Assembly (NCBI GenBank): GCA_026026165.1 | Contig: JAPEUD010000001.1 | Coordinates: forward strand, 124,001-188,000 | Length of the DNA stretch: 64,000 bases | Direction of reading: 5' to 3' | From: Sarea resinae | Lineage: Eukaryota | Part shown: positions 11,810 to 25,444 of the stretch, one piece after another | How the letters are laid out: every line of letters starts with the position of its first letter | How positions within the stretch are numbered: the stretch's first letter is position 1 | Notes under the pieces: model-generated | What the model saw: only the letters and a program-made list of their open reading frames with translations | Databases searched by the model: none | Told to the model about the DNA's origin: nothing | Made by a program: the position numbers and the translations under genes

Positions 11810-13690
11810 ATGGACTCTGCCCCTCATTCATCTAGCCCCCATGTAGCGAAAAAATCAATGCTGACTGATTGGGCGGATTGGCCTCTTTGGGAAGAAGAGA
11901 TCGCAATCTCAAAATCGCACCCCCCTCCTCCTAACGTTCGTCTGAGTGACTACAACGTTGCTCGCGTCATTGAATCAGACATAACGGTCAAATATCGCAG
12001 TCATTGCTGGTCGGCCGATTTCACCAAGAGTGGCAATATTCGTGCTACCCGTATTTCTCAAGGGAAGCCGGCAAAGGTCTGGGTGCCTTCTAAAAACGTC
12101 TCTACCGGTGGGAAGTGGCACTATAAAGTGTTCAAGCATTACTACGTACTTCACGGGAACGAAGGAGAAGGCCGTCCTTGTCTAGGAGACCCCATCGCCG
12201 GAGGAACGACACCGTTCATCTCTTACTCTTCCAACATTGCTGTTGTTCAAGAGCCACCGCCAGCGAATCTGCCACCCACGACTCCGACGCACAATAAACG
12301 AGCCAGGGCACCATCCGAAAAAAGCTTCAAAGCACCGGTTGTCCCGAACATGGAACGCAGCCTTTTTCTGGAGGACGAGCACGCCGGACTAGATATAGGC
12401 CGCCGACAGGTGGACACCTTTCCAAATCAGCCGGTCAATCCCTCGGGACATCAGAGCTACGAAACACAGAGCAATAAACGCTCCTTTCCATCTGACCAGG
12501 TCGAAGGTAATAGGCAAGTGATGCGCCGAAAGGTCGATGCCTCGGCAAACAGACAGATCCCAAATTTTGGTGTCCAGAATCGTACAACTATCGACGATTC
12601 TATGGGCGCTCCGTCTGGTTTCGGACAAAATACTCCTCACATTGACAAAGATTCTTCCCAAGGCATTAGACCAGCGGAATCGGTAGCTCCGAAGCAGGGT
12701 GGCGAGGGAATACGTCCTGCTCAACCCTTTCTCTCCGATTGGGCAGCTCGCCGCCTCGCTGGATATGGTACTCATTACGCTCTCCCTCCTCAACGTCCAA
12801 GAGAGCCGTCTGATTCCGCGCGCGCCAACAAGATTCGAGATGCTGCTTTGGAATCGTTCAAGGACGTTTTTGAAGCGGAGGGGGATCTAGCAAGTCGTCT
12901 GGAGCAGTTGGAAAATGGTATCGAGGGCGTTAGCAGCGCGCTCGGTCAGATCGGCGCTCACTTGGATGAGATGAAGAAGTATGCGAGAGAGACCAGAGCG
13001 GTCATTGGTCAGAGGATGTTGCTGGTGCCGGATGGATTTATCAATGGCCTATACGATAGCGGATTGCGGGGTGATGCTGGTCAAGCCAAGGAGACGCTGC
13101 AGCGCTGGGAGCCCGCGAGTGAGAAGACCATGGTAAACGAGGTGACTGCGGATGGTGATAGGGATGGTGGTGTTAGGAAAAGCTTGTCAGCAGGCAATCC
13201 AGGAAATGCTTTGAACAAAGGCTCGGGGTCTGTGCCTTATAACCGGAACTGGGATCTTAGTAACGGTGGGCACTCGGTCAATCAAATGAACTTCGCCACG
13301 GAAGACTGGGACCCTGCGCATGGGAACGGCAACTTGAATATGGCACCTGGCGGGCGAATGGACTATCCGGGGACTCCTCTTTTCAGCAGCCTTCAACCGG
13401 CGCCTGACAACCAAACCTCGGATGTGCAGCATGGCCAGCGCTTAGGGAACCACGAGAATCCAGCGATAGACTACGAGGCCCTTGCAGGTACGCACGAGGT
13501 CCGGAGCAACGAAGACTGGCATCCCATCAGCGAAGGTGGCAAGGACCCTACAAGTATGCATCAGGGCCACAGCAATGGAGAGGGGCATCCTATCAGCGAA
13601 GACGACGAGGTGTTAGGTATGAGCGCCGAGGAATTGCGGCATCTGCTGTTGGGCGAAGAGGTTGAGGGGACGCAGGTGAATGGTGACTAG
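11810..13690 (+). CDS. Hypothetical 626-aa protein, mostly disordered with a short coiled coil
   Basis: Long uninterrupted ATG-initiated ORF; likely 5'UTR intron at 11743-11796; no recognisable domain. Confidence 0.65.
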   Translation: MDSAPHSSSPHVAKKSMLTDWADWPLWEEEIAISKSHPPPPNVRLSDYNVARVIESDITVKYRSHCWSADFTKSGNIRATRISQGKPAKVWVPSKNVSTGGKWHYKVFKHYYVLHGNEGEGRPCLGDPIAGGTTPFISYSSNIAVVQEPPPANLPPTTPTHNKRARAPSEKSFKAPVVPNMERSLFLEDEHAGLDIGRRQVDTFPNQPVNPSGHQSYETQSNKRSFPSDQVEGNRQVMRRKVDASANRQIPNFGVQNRTTIDDSMGAPSGFGQNTPHIDKDSSQGIRPAESVAPKQGGEGIRPAQPFLSDWAARRLAGYGTHYALPPQRPREPSDSARANKIRDAALESFKDVFEAEGDLASRLEQLENGIEGVSSALGQIGAHLDEMKKYARETRAVIGQRMLLVPDGFINGLYDSGLRGDAGQAKETLQRWEPASEKTMVNEVTADGDRDGGVRKSLSAGNPGNALNKGSGSVPYNRNWDLSNGGHSVNQMNFATEDWDPAHGNGNLNMAPGGRMDYPGTPLFSSLQPAPDNQTSDVQHGQRLGNHENPAIDYEALAGTHEVRSNEDWHPISEGGKDPTSMHQGHSNGEGHPISEDDEVLGMSAEELRHLLLGEEVEGTQVNGD

Positions 13691-15453
13691 GAAGAGGCTA
13701 GGTTGGGAAGAAGATCGAAATTGGGATCATGATTTGAGGATTATCTACTATTCTCTTCCTAAGTGGTTGCGAGTTCATCATGGATTGGGGATGGTTCTCT
13801 TCTCGGGGAGCATCGCGCAAGAGGTGCTGAGTCGTCGTTGATTTGTCATTTCTTTTCACTTTTAGATACTCTTTCCATCGATGATTACCTTGGAAGAATA
13901 AAACAAAACCTTGAGATGATGTTGTGGAGAAGCGGAAAGTTGATTCAACATACTGACATCACTGCTCTTCCTATGATCTCGTATCGGATGATATTCCTGT
14001 TACAACTATCTCGCACACACCTGTCGCATTCAGAACAAGATGATGAGATTCAGAGATTTTGGGGATCTGATAAGCTACTGCTGATACAGAGACACAGCAG
14101 GCAGAACAAGGCCGGATGTGGAAAGAATGGCAGATGCATGGATTGCGGACCCGAGGTTTGATTTGGACTCTCGCTGACCAATCAGCAACGAGCCCGTCCG
14201 AGCGCCGGACATCTCATCTCGCCTAATATGCAATTGTGCCAGACGAGGCCACCATGCGACGACGCGACAAGAATGATCAATGTCCTCCTGGTCGCTGCAG
14301 ATTGCGAGAAGATGTTGGTGAGCATCTGAGAGTCAGACGGGTGAGGAGGATGCCGTCGGCGTCGTTGTCGGTCGTTGGATGGGTGTACCATGTGTGATGC
14401 ACGAGGTCATGATTATTGTTTTGATTCGGTCTGATAGAGTAGTCTATTTGTTTGCCGGGTGGGAAAGTCGCGTCGCTTTTTTCTCTTGTCGCCCCCTTTG
14501 CCTTTGGCGTGTCCCTGACACTACGACGAGGTACTCTACAGTAGTACGCTGTACTCTCAAAGACAGCGACGGACCGAGAGACCGTCGGACCCTAGGGGTC
14601 AAGCGTCCACTGCGCAGTCCGACCTCATGATATTGTTCAGTCTTCTTCAGTCTTCGCCTCACCAGAGCGACCATGGACGCGTCGAATCGAATCGGATCGA
14701 ATGTTGCATGCCTCATTACATAATCCCCCCGTGTATCTGTTTGATTGGCAAATCCACGATGGCCGTGGTTGTTGATATTGCCATTGGCCCTGGGTCCCTG
14801 ACTTACAGAGTAGTAGTACTCTACGTTGTACTCTTTCCTGCTACAGAGCACTGACGCTGACACTGACACTGACACACCGACACACCGACTGCACCCACAC
14901 ACCCACACACACCTCTTTGTCTCTGGAGCTCCCTTTTTTCCCTCCCGCAGCTTGAAGAGGTCAGCGGTACGGCCAGTGTACATTGACGACCACCTAATCT
15001 GCCGCCATAGACACGTCCCTCGTCTCTCCTGGGTCGTTCCACGTTCCACACCCTGACTCTGCCGGTACTTGCTACTTTCGCCCTCGACTCCGTAACATCC
15101 AGACCGTGTGCAACGCTCATCCATCGACGTCGATTCTCTTCCGACTGAGCCATCGATCCCAACACTGCGGATTCGGTCGTGGTGCTGCTTGGACACATCC
15201 TCGTTCGTCCATCGTCCATCCATCTCAGCATCGTCGGCTCCTTTGTACAGTATCAATAGCCCTGCCATGTCCTTCATTGACATTCCATGAGACCTTCCTT
15301 TTGTCATTATTCTTTTCGTCGTACGTGTCGTGTCCGGATCTCGACAGTGACGCAGATGGTCGATCCTCTGGAGCAGCCATTGACTTTTGCTCCAATTCAT
15401 CATTGGCAATCATAGAGCAAGCGGTTACTTGATCGCTTGCCAGGATCAACGAA

Positions 15454-18400
15454 GTGGAAGGTACGCTGCCTGCCCCCAACTGGCCGTGGCCCCAAGCTGA
15501 TCTTCATGTGACGATAGCCCAAAGCAACGTCGCGCCGTCGTGGTCTCAGTCTGCATCTCCTCCTTCGACTCCATTGCGCGAGGAAGAGCTTGGAGGCTTA
15601 AGCCGAAAGCCAGGAAAGGCCCGGGAGGTCGACGACTCCCCGACTGCCACCTTTCGAACCTCTCCACTCACAAAAGAAAGCTCCGGACGTATTTCACCTG
15701 GGCTGCCGCCGCTCCCGACGCTTCCAACCTTTGGTCACGGTGTTGAAATACCTTCGTCGCCACCAGACGACCAGCAGACCGATAGTACACATTATTACAC
15801 AGCCAGTTGGGGATCACCTTATCAGCGTCCGGCCCCTGGAACATCTACAGGCGCAAGTTTCCACCGCCATCGGACACTCGACGGTGAGTCTGGGGACGAA
15901 TCTCCATTCCTCAGTGTCCGGACCGATAATTCTCGCCATTCGGGATTGTCTTCTATTGACGCTCCAACGCCAACGAGGAGAGAGCGTCATCCTTCATCAG
16001 GTTTACCGCCATCCCTAGCAGCGGCTCTTTCGGGAAGCCTCGGTAAAGACTCCATTCGCGGTTTCACCGAAGATTGGATCCGACAATATCTTTCAGGCGA
16101 CCTCGATTCGGAGCGGAGGAATTGGTGGAGCGACGACTCAAGCAGCGAGACGATTTCATTGGGGGAAGGATCCGGCGGATCTGCCGACGAGACAGGAAAC
16201 GGGTGGCTGACAATAGACGGAGAAGACGGCAAGGAAGGATCTTCGCCATCGAGCCTGACGGATTTTGTAAAACGACGGGAAAGTGGACGGAAGAGGGCTA
16301 CCAAGGAAGGCGAGAGCACGAGGAGACACAGATCGAGGACGAGCAACGCGACTTTGAAGCCGGAAGATTTTCTGGATATCTTAGACCCATCGCGAAACAG
16401 CTCGACATTGACAGACAACATGTTAGCATCAAAGTACGCCGACCCTCCTTCCCTGCCCAAGGAGCAAGTAGAGGGTCCCCAGCGGCCAGCGCCGGCAGTT
16501 CAGCCAGCTACAAAGTCGCCGAATCCTACACCGGTTGCGGACAAGCCTCTACCGCCTCCTCCGCCGTCTGAGAGCCCGATTCCCATCATACGCGTGCCGG
16601 AGTCTACTTCGCCTGGAACAGAGACCCCCTCGTCCACCCCTAAGCCAAGCTCATCGCCAGTCTCAGCAGGGCATCTAGCGAGGAAGAAACTCACCTGGCG
16701 AGGAAGGGCCTGCGTCGTTGCTCTACCCATCGACATCCCGCGGGGACCGGGAACCTCCAGACCGCTGCCATTGACTCGATCCGAGGTTGATGCCCGATTG
16801 AAACAGTGGATGGCGGATGGCTATGATGTCGAAGGGTTTGGCCTCTCGAGAAAGTCCAAGAGCACAGAAGATGTAGCGAATGATGGGCAAAGCCGGCAGC
16901 TGTATCCCGACCCATCGGAAAGCAGAGCAGAGTGGGAAAGGGGTAGCTACCGGGTCAGCATTCCCGATCGAAGAGGTAAGAAGACTTTCGTACATGAGAT
17001 GCATTTTTCCGTTTCTGTGCTCACCACAAACTAGACTGGGAGGCCTATGTGAATCATCTGCAAGAAGAGAAACTCCGAGCCTTAGGGGTCAGCTTCGGTG
17101 ACGAAGAGGTTGCACCAACAGTCTCTCCGGCGCCTTCTTCGATGGGCCGTCAAGCTTCTTCACAATACCAGCCGCTGCCCTTTGCTTCTCCTCCACCTAC
17201 TTCATCCGCTGCAAGTAACCACAATATGCAGCTTGCGAATCCTTTCTCGCCTCCGTTTGTACCTGGAGCCTCTACGAATCCGAGCTCTCAGGTGGCCTCT
17301 ATCGCATCCCCAGCATCTTCACATGCGCAACCGCAAGGAGGCTTTCATGCGCCCAAGCAGTCCATCTCGTTTCCTAACGGCGAGCAGGCTTTTGCTTCAC
17401 CGTTCCAGTTTCCTCAGTCACAGCCGACTCCGCCAGTACAGGGTATGTGGTCACCACCTGGATACTTCAATCAGCATGTCGGCGCAAGAGGAGGATCACC
17501 AGCAATCTTGGGGAGTCTTGGAGCTGCCTTGTCGCCTGGTTCTCCGTTCAATCAGGACATGTCACAGCCCGACCTGCTCACTCACATGCGCCAACAACAG
17601 CAGCAGCTGCAGAACCAACTGCTCCTGCAGCAACAGCAACAGCAACAGATACTCAACGCTCAGCATTCTCCACACCTAGAAGAGCTCCAGGAGACCGAGG
17701 AGGAAGAAGCAAGTCCTAGTCCCGTTGAGGATCCGGCGCCCGACCAGCAACCAGAGTCTCAAGCCCAAGGTTCGACCGAGAAGTTTCAGCGCCACATTAG
17801 CGACGCTGAATATCATTTGGAAGAATCTATCGAGCGACAAATGGATGAGGACGATGAGAGGCTTGACACCAACCAGACCTCAACTTTCGATGCGTCCAAA
17901 TTTGGCCAATACGACGATGGCCCAGGAAATGATTCCTCCAAAGAACATCGAGGCCATCCAAGCATCGGCAGAAATGCAGAGCGACCGACGTACGAGGGCC
18001 TAGGCGACGAGTGGCCGAAAGACGAAGCACCAGCGTTTGCTCAAGAAGCTCCGGATAGATCAACAGAGCCGACACTGCATCATCCGCAACCCCACAATCG
18101 AGCCCATTCTCTGTCCAAGCAACGATACGACGGAGATACCATGTCAACTTCCGCCATGGCCATGCTCAATGCAGAGACGCCTTATGGCAACGGCTCAAGG
18201 CACATGCATGACGACCTCAGCGAAGGGGCCCGGACAAACCTTTCGGACACTGACACAAATCCTAGTGTGTCCGGAACTCCTGCTCGAATGTTCGAGAATG
18301 CCCACGGGCAAAATATGTCCATATCGGCAAATCCATGGCTAGATTCCAAGTCCACGCCCATAGATGGCAAGGCAAGGCCGTCTTTTCACCAGACTCCATC

Positions 18401-21400
18401 TGGTCACGGCTCAAGCGGCTCGGTGCCAAAGTTCAACGTTGAGGCCAAGGAATTCAAGTTCAATCCGGCGAGCTCGTTCACTCCAGGAAACTTTTCGTTT
18501 TCTGGAAACAACTTCCAACCAGCACAACCGGCCCACCCTGCTTTCACACCGCCTCATCACTCTACCACGGGCAGCCGTATCAGTAATGGTTCATTTGGGG
18601 GGATGAGCAGCTTCAATGTGGGCGCTCCTGCCTTCAAACCCGGTGCTGCCTTTCCGACTGGCGATTTCAGCTTCTCTTCATCCGGTCCAGCGTTCAAGCC
18701 AACTGCTCCTGGATTCTCGCCTTTGATAGGTGCGGCTACAGACCTGGGCAGTAGTATCGGTAGTCGCGCCGTAGACGCTCCGACTCCAGCAAGGAGAGAT
18801 CGTATATTCAGCCCTATGAACCTGGTCGATATTGTCAAGCCAACGAAAAAGTCCAAAGCCATTCCAATTGTCAGGCCTGACGAGATTCCTGGCGACGGTG
18901 GCTCAGGTGATGGTGAACTGGATGCCGATGGCCGTCTCACTCAGACTGACGCCCGGCTGAAGAGAGTTCGACATCAAGGTGGCGATGGGGATGAAGTTCC
19001 GCAATTTGCTGACGACTTTACGACGCAATTTGCCATTCCTACTCATCCACTCACCGAGACTGGACAATCTCAATCAGGCAACAAGGAGCCGCAAAGGTTT
19101 TCAAATTCATCTCTCGGCAAGGAAAATGCTGTCCCTCATGACCAAAGCGAGGGCATCGCTTCAGAGAGTGATGCAGTGCAACCTAAAGGGCAAGAAAGGT
19201 TCGCCATCAATGAGGCATCCGACAACGTCATCAAGGCAATAGAGGTGAAACCCTCTGCCCAAGCTTCGCCAAAAGCTCAATCGGAAGCAGAAGCGAGCCG
19301 CGATACCGATTCTGCGGCCTCTGTTCATGAGAATGATACCACCGCTAACAAGAAGCATCGTATGGCGGATTCACATTCGGAGACTCACAAGCAGAGCAAG
19401 AACAGTTCTTTGTCCGCCATGGCAAAACCGTTCGAGTTCAAGCACTCGGAACCAGCTTTCGACCCCACTTTCTCCAAGAAACCTTCTCCAGTTCCCAAAA
19501 CAAAGGGCTTGGACGGATCTCGGTTTGCTCATAGTCCTTCTCCTCCACCGCTACCCGGACAGACCTCATCGACCACTCTTCGGCCAAGCGAAGTCGGCTC
19601 CTTCCGAGACGATGTCTTTGAGCCGACCAAGGATGCGCCGCCTCTCGACAGCGAAGGGATCGACTATAGTTCCTTGATTCAGCCCTCTTATGATGAGATT
19701 GATGCGGTCATGAGACATCTCAATCAGGATGATTCTGACCTTGGCGTCGAGCGAAATGGTAGTCCATGGAGACGGTCAAGCCCCGTTCAAGCGCAGCTCC
19801 CGACCCTTGAGCGGCCCACATCAGCTCAGCAGCTTCCACTCGATCTCCACCCTCGCAGCGATGCTCCCAGCCCAAGCCCCGGTCGCTTCCAGCAGCAGTA
19901 TCAGTATCTTCCTAAGGAGTCTCGCGCTCTGGGCTCTCCCGCACCCGTCATCCGTCCACCAGGCTTCAAGCGTACCGGTATAGCCTATGATTCACCCATC
20001 CATAGACTGAACAGCCCCGGCGATGTTCCTGCGAGCGACTGGGATGACATGATTTCATCCGGCGAAGAAGCAAAATTACCGACGCGCAGCAAATTCTTCG
20101 ACAATCGTGTCGACAACATTGTTGACGGTCTTCTGCGACAACGTCTAGGTCCTTTGGAAGAGACTCTGAACGTCATCCAGAATTCTTTGACGAATCTGTC
20201 CGCGCGTCCCTTTAGTAGAAGGGATAGGAGAAGCGTATCTGCCGAGGTCGCCAACAGCGATGCTGATGATGAAGATGATATGGAAGAAGGCATCCCGCCC
20301 CGGTCTATATCTCCCAGGAAAGACCGGAAGATGGAGAAGATCAAAGCCGCCGTATACGAGGCGATGTCAGTCGTTCAGGCTGATAGGAATAATGTGGCCT
20401 CCCCAGTCGTGTGGTCCGACGTTCAACAAACTCTCCTGGAGATCAAATCATCTTTCGTTCAAGCAGCTCGCCCGGAGACTCAGATTGACGACATCAAGAC
20501 GGTCGTACAGGAAGCGATATCTCAGCAGATGCTTGCTCTTGAAAAGCCAAAGAAGAACATGACCCCAGAGGTCGAGCTCCGGCTTGCGGCTTTGGAGAGC
20601 ATGCTGAAAGAAGCGGACCTTCGTGCCGGAGAAGAGCTCATGGCCCGCAGAGCAGCCGAGGACAGGGCTGCTGAGACTCAGCGAAGACTTCAGATTGCCG
20701 AAGAGGAGGCATTTCGGCAGCGTGATCTTGCCGAAGAAAGTCAGCGAAAGCTTCGCGTCCTCGACGACAAGCGCCACCAAAGCCTCATGCAGACTCAGAT
20801 GCGGACGGCGTTGCTCGAAGGTGCTCAAGAGAGTCTACAGAAGTCAGTCTCGGATTTGAATGCCAAGAATGACGCTCTCGAGGAGACCATTGATGAGTAT
20901 CGGCTTTCAAGCGACAGGTGGCGGAGAGAGGTTGATGAAAAGAAGGAGGAGAATGGCTCTCTCAAGAGAACTATCGGTGCATTGAAAAGTCAGATGGAGG
21001 AAAGTATCAGAGTCCGGGAAAATATGCGCGGGAAATTTGACAGGTTACAGGAGGACATGGCTACGGCCACGCGCGATATTGCACGAGAGCAAGCCACCTG
21101 GCGCAAAAAGGACGAAGAGCACAAGGCAAAGCTGGAAATGACGCTTGCGAGACTTGAAGCCGAGGCCAGGACCCGAGAACGACTCGAGAGGGAACTCGAG
21201 AGACTCGAGAACCAAGAGCGGGAGGCCATGAAGATGAGAGTCGTCGTCGAGCAAACTCAGAACGCGAATTCCCGGCTGGAAGAAATGGTCAACAAGTTGC
21301 GAATGGAAAGTCTGGAGCATCAGAAGACCGCGGCGAGGTTCGAACGTGAGTTTGGCGAGGCTAGGGAAGCGGGACGAATGGAAATCCGGCGCACCAGGGT

Positions 21401-22832
21401 CCTCATGGAAGCCGATATCGAAGCGGCAAACAATCAAGTCAATATAGTTCGTGCCGATCTGGAGAGTGAGCTTGCACGGACGAGAAATGAGCTGGAGAAT
21501 GTGAAGCTGGATGCAGACACGGCCAAGGAAAAGAGCGAGCTCGAACTCGAGGAGGCAGCGGAGTCGAAGAAGGCTGCTTTGCGAGAGGCTTCCGAGTCGA
21601 AGAGGGTTGCTTTGCGAGAGGCATCCGAAGCTCGAGATGCAGCGGTGAAGGAGCAACACCGGAAGTATGAGCGTTATCTCGAAGAAATGAGGGCACAGCA
21701 TGATCGGGCTTTGCGCAATGCATTAGAAGACAAGCAGCGGGCAGAGACGCATCTTCTTGAACGGCTCAGTCTATCCGACGCCAAAGCCGAACATCTTCAA
21801 GATCGTGTTGCCCACTTGGCAGAAAAGCTCGAGATTGCAAAGTCTGCTGCACATGCTGCAGCGCAAGCTGCTCAGTCCGCACGGGTTGTATCCACGGCTT
21901 CGCCGTCCGTAGGGAGCTTGACTGCAGAGAGACGCTCTGACGAACCCGAGAGAATCTCGCCGCAAGCGCTTCGCGAGTCAATCATGGTGTTGCAAGAACA
22001 GTTGCAAGAGCGTGAAGGACGAATCGAGAAGCTCGAACAAGAGCTGTCAAACGCTGATACGGAGGCGCCGTCAAAGATCAAAGAGCGAGACAGCGAGATT
22101 GGCTGGCTTCGCGAGTTGCTCGGCGTGAGAATCGGTGATCTCGAAGATATCATCAAGACCCTATCTCAACCTAAATACGACCGAGATGCTGTCAAGGACG
22201 CTGCCATTAGGCTCAAAGCGAACTTGCAAATGGAGCAGCAGGAGAGAGAACGAGCAATGTCGGGATCGCAAGGATTCCCGTCACTCGGCAATCTAGCTAA
22301 TCTTGCCTCGCCCAAAGCGGTCTTGCCTCTGGCAGCAGCTTGGGGAAATTGGCGAAGAGGAAGGGACCGGTCTTTTGGCAACACATCTGACGCTGCTGCG
22401 AACAGCCCGACACCTTCCAAGCCCTCTCCATCAGCTCAGAGTTTCCTATCTGGTCTGATGACCCCGCCAAGCACCCATGTCCGGCAAACACCACAGGCTC
22501 CTAATACTGAGACTTTTACGGCGCGTCGGTCCGCGCCGGCTCCATTGGAGCTGACCAAGTCGAATTCGCAACCGTCACTATCGTCCCGGCAGAAGGAGAA
22601 GCAGCGCGCCCCATCTCCTCCTGCGCCTTCGACGCCTCCATTGCTCCGCAAGGGGTCTTATGACCAGGACGCCGAAGACAACTTCAGCACGAGTGGGTTC
22701 TACGACGATGATGACAGCACCGCCGACGGGCACGGCCACGGTATCGGAGAGGGCAATGAATTCAGTACCGAGAGCGACAGCCACGATCTTCATGCCGAAG
22801 CCGGCGACGAACTCTTCGCCCCGCTCGTCTAG
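15454..22832 (+). CDS. Large (~2,400 aa) conserved fungal coiled-coil protein (often auto-annotated 'myosin class II heavy chain-like'); start codon uncertain
   Basis: ORFs 15454-17034 and 17049-22832 are joined in frame by a phase-1 intron at 16976-17034 (G|GTAAG...CTAG|AC). PAM2-like FNVEAKEFKF/LSAMAKPFEF motifs; long heptad region from ~20.5 to 22.2 kb. First in-frame ATG only at 16420. Confidence 0.85.
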
Positions 22833-24090
22833 ACATACAGACGTATAACCTTTCTTTTGTCCTTTCATTTGTCACAAAAAATAGTGTCGGTCTTGGTCTT
22901 TTATCGTTTATTTCCCAACAAATTGCTTAGACAACTTTCTTTTGAAACGTTAAGTCTCGCGAGATACCCGGATGAAATCATCAACATATACCCGATACAT
23001 CCTCATACGCGCTTTCAAATTGATCGATAGACCGATTCTCTAATAGTGAGCGAGCGAGCGAGTCCGTGAAGCGCATACATGACATCTCAAATTGATCAGA
23101 CCATCTATCTTGGGGGAGGGAGCGCGAGCATTTTCTCTTCTCCTCTCATCTTCTCTTGTCTTTTTCTGTGACCTGTGAAAGTTTCTATCTTTGTCCGTCG
23201 AATCAAGATGTAATTAATTATGTAACTTGGTAGTTACAATGATGATATCCACGTTATTGATTTGTTGGTCGTATATTATGCAAAGGAGAACATGTGCATG
23301 AGAAGACAGTATAGTTGAGGTTTAGACTAGAGCTGAGATCTCCAACCGCTAGTAGCTACAACTGCCAGCCTGTCTTTGGGATATTGTTATGGTAATGCGT
23401 GCTGTGAAGCCAACTCCTAATTCTAAAACTAGCGCTAGCTAACAACCCTGTCTTTGGCCTCTTTGTTCCCTTCTTCTCCTTTTCCTGTTTTATCTGCGGA
23501 TTAGACTGCTTCTGCTGTATTTATGATTATAGTGCCAACAGTTGACATATATTTTTACTATCAATTTAAGATGTGAAAAGTTGAGATATCTTGTACTAGC
23601 TTCTAGCTATTATAAGCGTTTGCCCTATTTCATACTGTAGGATCGCTCTGTCAACGCAGATATACCGTAGTATAATAACAGCTTTGTAACCTGTGACAGC
23701 ATAATCCATGTAGTACACAGACGAGCAGACCTCGGCTCGACTCGGCTCGGCCCCCCCCTCACCCCGGGAAGTCGGGCACAGAGCCAGACTAGACCGAGGC
23801 CCCTACGTGGTAGAATATGAACGATAGGTCCAGATTAGATTGATTACCTTGGGCCGCTTATCTGTACTCTATCTCGCGATCCGACGACAGACGGGACAGT
23901 GCTGATTGATTGACCACAGTAGTCGGTGTGAATGAATCGTATTGCACGACCTGCTCCTCCTCCTCATAATCGTTCTCTTTGCAATATATAGCAATCTATA
24001 TACCGCTCAATCGGAGGAAGAGACACAGAGAAGCGGGATCTAGGGGAAGGAATTGAGGTGATTACAACCTAGACAAGACAAAACAAGACA

Positions 24091-25020
24091 ATGACGCCGT
24101 TTACGCCTCTCGCGCGGCTCTTGCCCTCATCGCTCACCTCCTCCTCCTCCGCCGCCGCATCCTCAAGCTCAAGCTCAAATCCACTCACCTCTCCACCATC
24201 TCCCCACGAAGCCAAAGCCTACACGCACCCGGCCTTGCACCTGGCTCCGTTCGCGCCCTACGCCTGGACGCACGCCGTGATCAACGACGACTCCCTCACC
24301 CCGCTAGCGACCTCGTCGCGGGAGCCGAAACCCCGGGATCAGGGCGGCGAGGACAGTTTGATTGCCGAGACGCTGGCGGGGGAGAGGGGCATCAGGGGAT
24401 GTCTGACGTTTGTGCGGGAAGAAAAGAAAGAGGAGGGGGGAGAAAGGGAACCCAAGGAGACAAAAGGGGAAGAAACGGCGCAGGCCCGGGATTCTGATAT
24501 TGAGTCGGAGTCGGAGTCGGAGTCTGCTTATCCCGAGGCACTGACGCTGCTGGCGCTGGGCGACGGACTGAATGGGCATGCGCGCACGCTGCACGGGGGC
24601 ATGATCGCGACGATCATGGACGAGGTGCTCGCGGTCGCGCTGATGGTGGTGCAGGCGAGGCGGTATGCGGTTACGGCGTCGGTGCTTGGTGGCTCCTCGT
24701 CCGCGTCGCCGTCGGCTGAGGCGTCTGCTGCGTCGGCTCAGACTCAGCCGGGGCCGTCACATCGCTCATCGGCCTCAACCTCTTCTCCACAGCCCCAACC
24801 CCAACCACAAACCCAACAATCGCCCCCGCCGATTCTGACAGCCTCGCTCCACCTCACCTACCTGAAACCCGTGCGGACCCCCGGGGCCATCCTGGCGCGC
24901 GCGCGCCTCGTCCACGTCCAGGGACGGAAATATACCGTGCGTGGTTCGTTGGAGGACGGGCAGGGGGTGGTACTCGCGAGGGCCGAGGGCGTCTTTGTTG
25001 CACTGAGGGCGAGGTTGTGA
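24091..25020 (+). CDS. PaaI/hot-dog-fold thioesterase family protein
   Basis: LGDGLNGHARTLHGGMIATIMDE, TASLHLTYLKPVRTPG, LARAEGVFV; low-complexity insertions. Confidence 0.88.
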   Translation: MTPFTPLARLLPSSLTSSSSAAASSSSSSNPLTSPPSPHEAKAYTHPALHLAPFAPYAWTHAVINDDSLTPLATSSREPKPRDQGGEDSLIAETLAGERGIRGCLTFVREEKKEEGGEREPKETKGEETAQARDSDIESESESESAYPEALTLLALGDGLNGHARTLHGGMIATIMDEVLAVALMVVQARRYAVTASVLGGSSSASPSAEASAASAQTQPGPSHRSSASTSSPQPQPQPQTQQSPPPILTASLHLTYLKPVRTPGAILARARLVHVQGRKYTVRGSLEDGQGVVLARAEGVFVALRARL

Positions 25021-25343
25021 GGGGTTTGTTCTGGGGGTTTCAAGGGCGGGGGGAGAGGAGAGAGCGGGATGTGGATGGCGGGGGGGGATGGCTCGTGGGG
25101 AGGGTGGGAGGGTGGGAGACGAGGGGGGAGATTGGGGATAGGGGGGATATGGGTAAAATGGTTTTTAGAAGACGGCGGGGGTGGAAGGGGGAGGGATCCA
25201 CAGGACCAGCAGCTTCATTCATCTATCCGGGCTCGCTCGCTCACTCATGAGAGATGACCCTCTTGTCCTAGATAAACAGATTAACCTATAAACAAATAAA
25301 TAGAATAGAAGCTCTTCTAATGTTTTAGAAACAGTAGTAGAGT

Positions 25344-25444
<101 letters not shown>

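Noticed and set aside
14444..15409. 321-aa minus-strand ORF
   Set aside because: It runs through simple repeats (VCGC/VSVSVS) in the promoter/leader of the large plus-strand gene and has no protein-like motifs.
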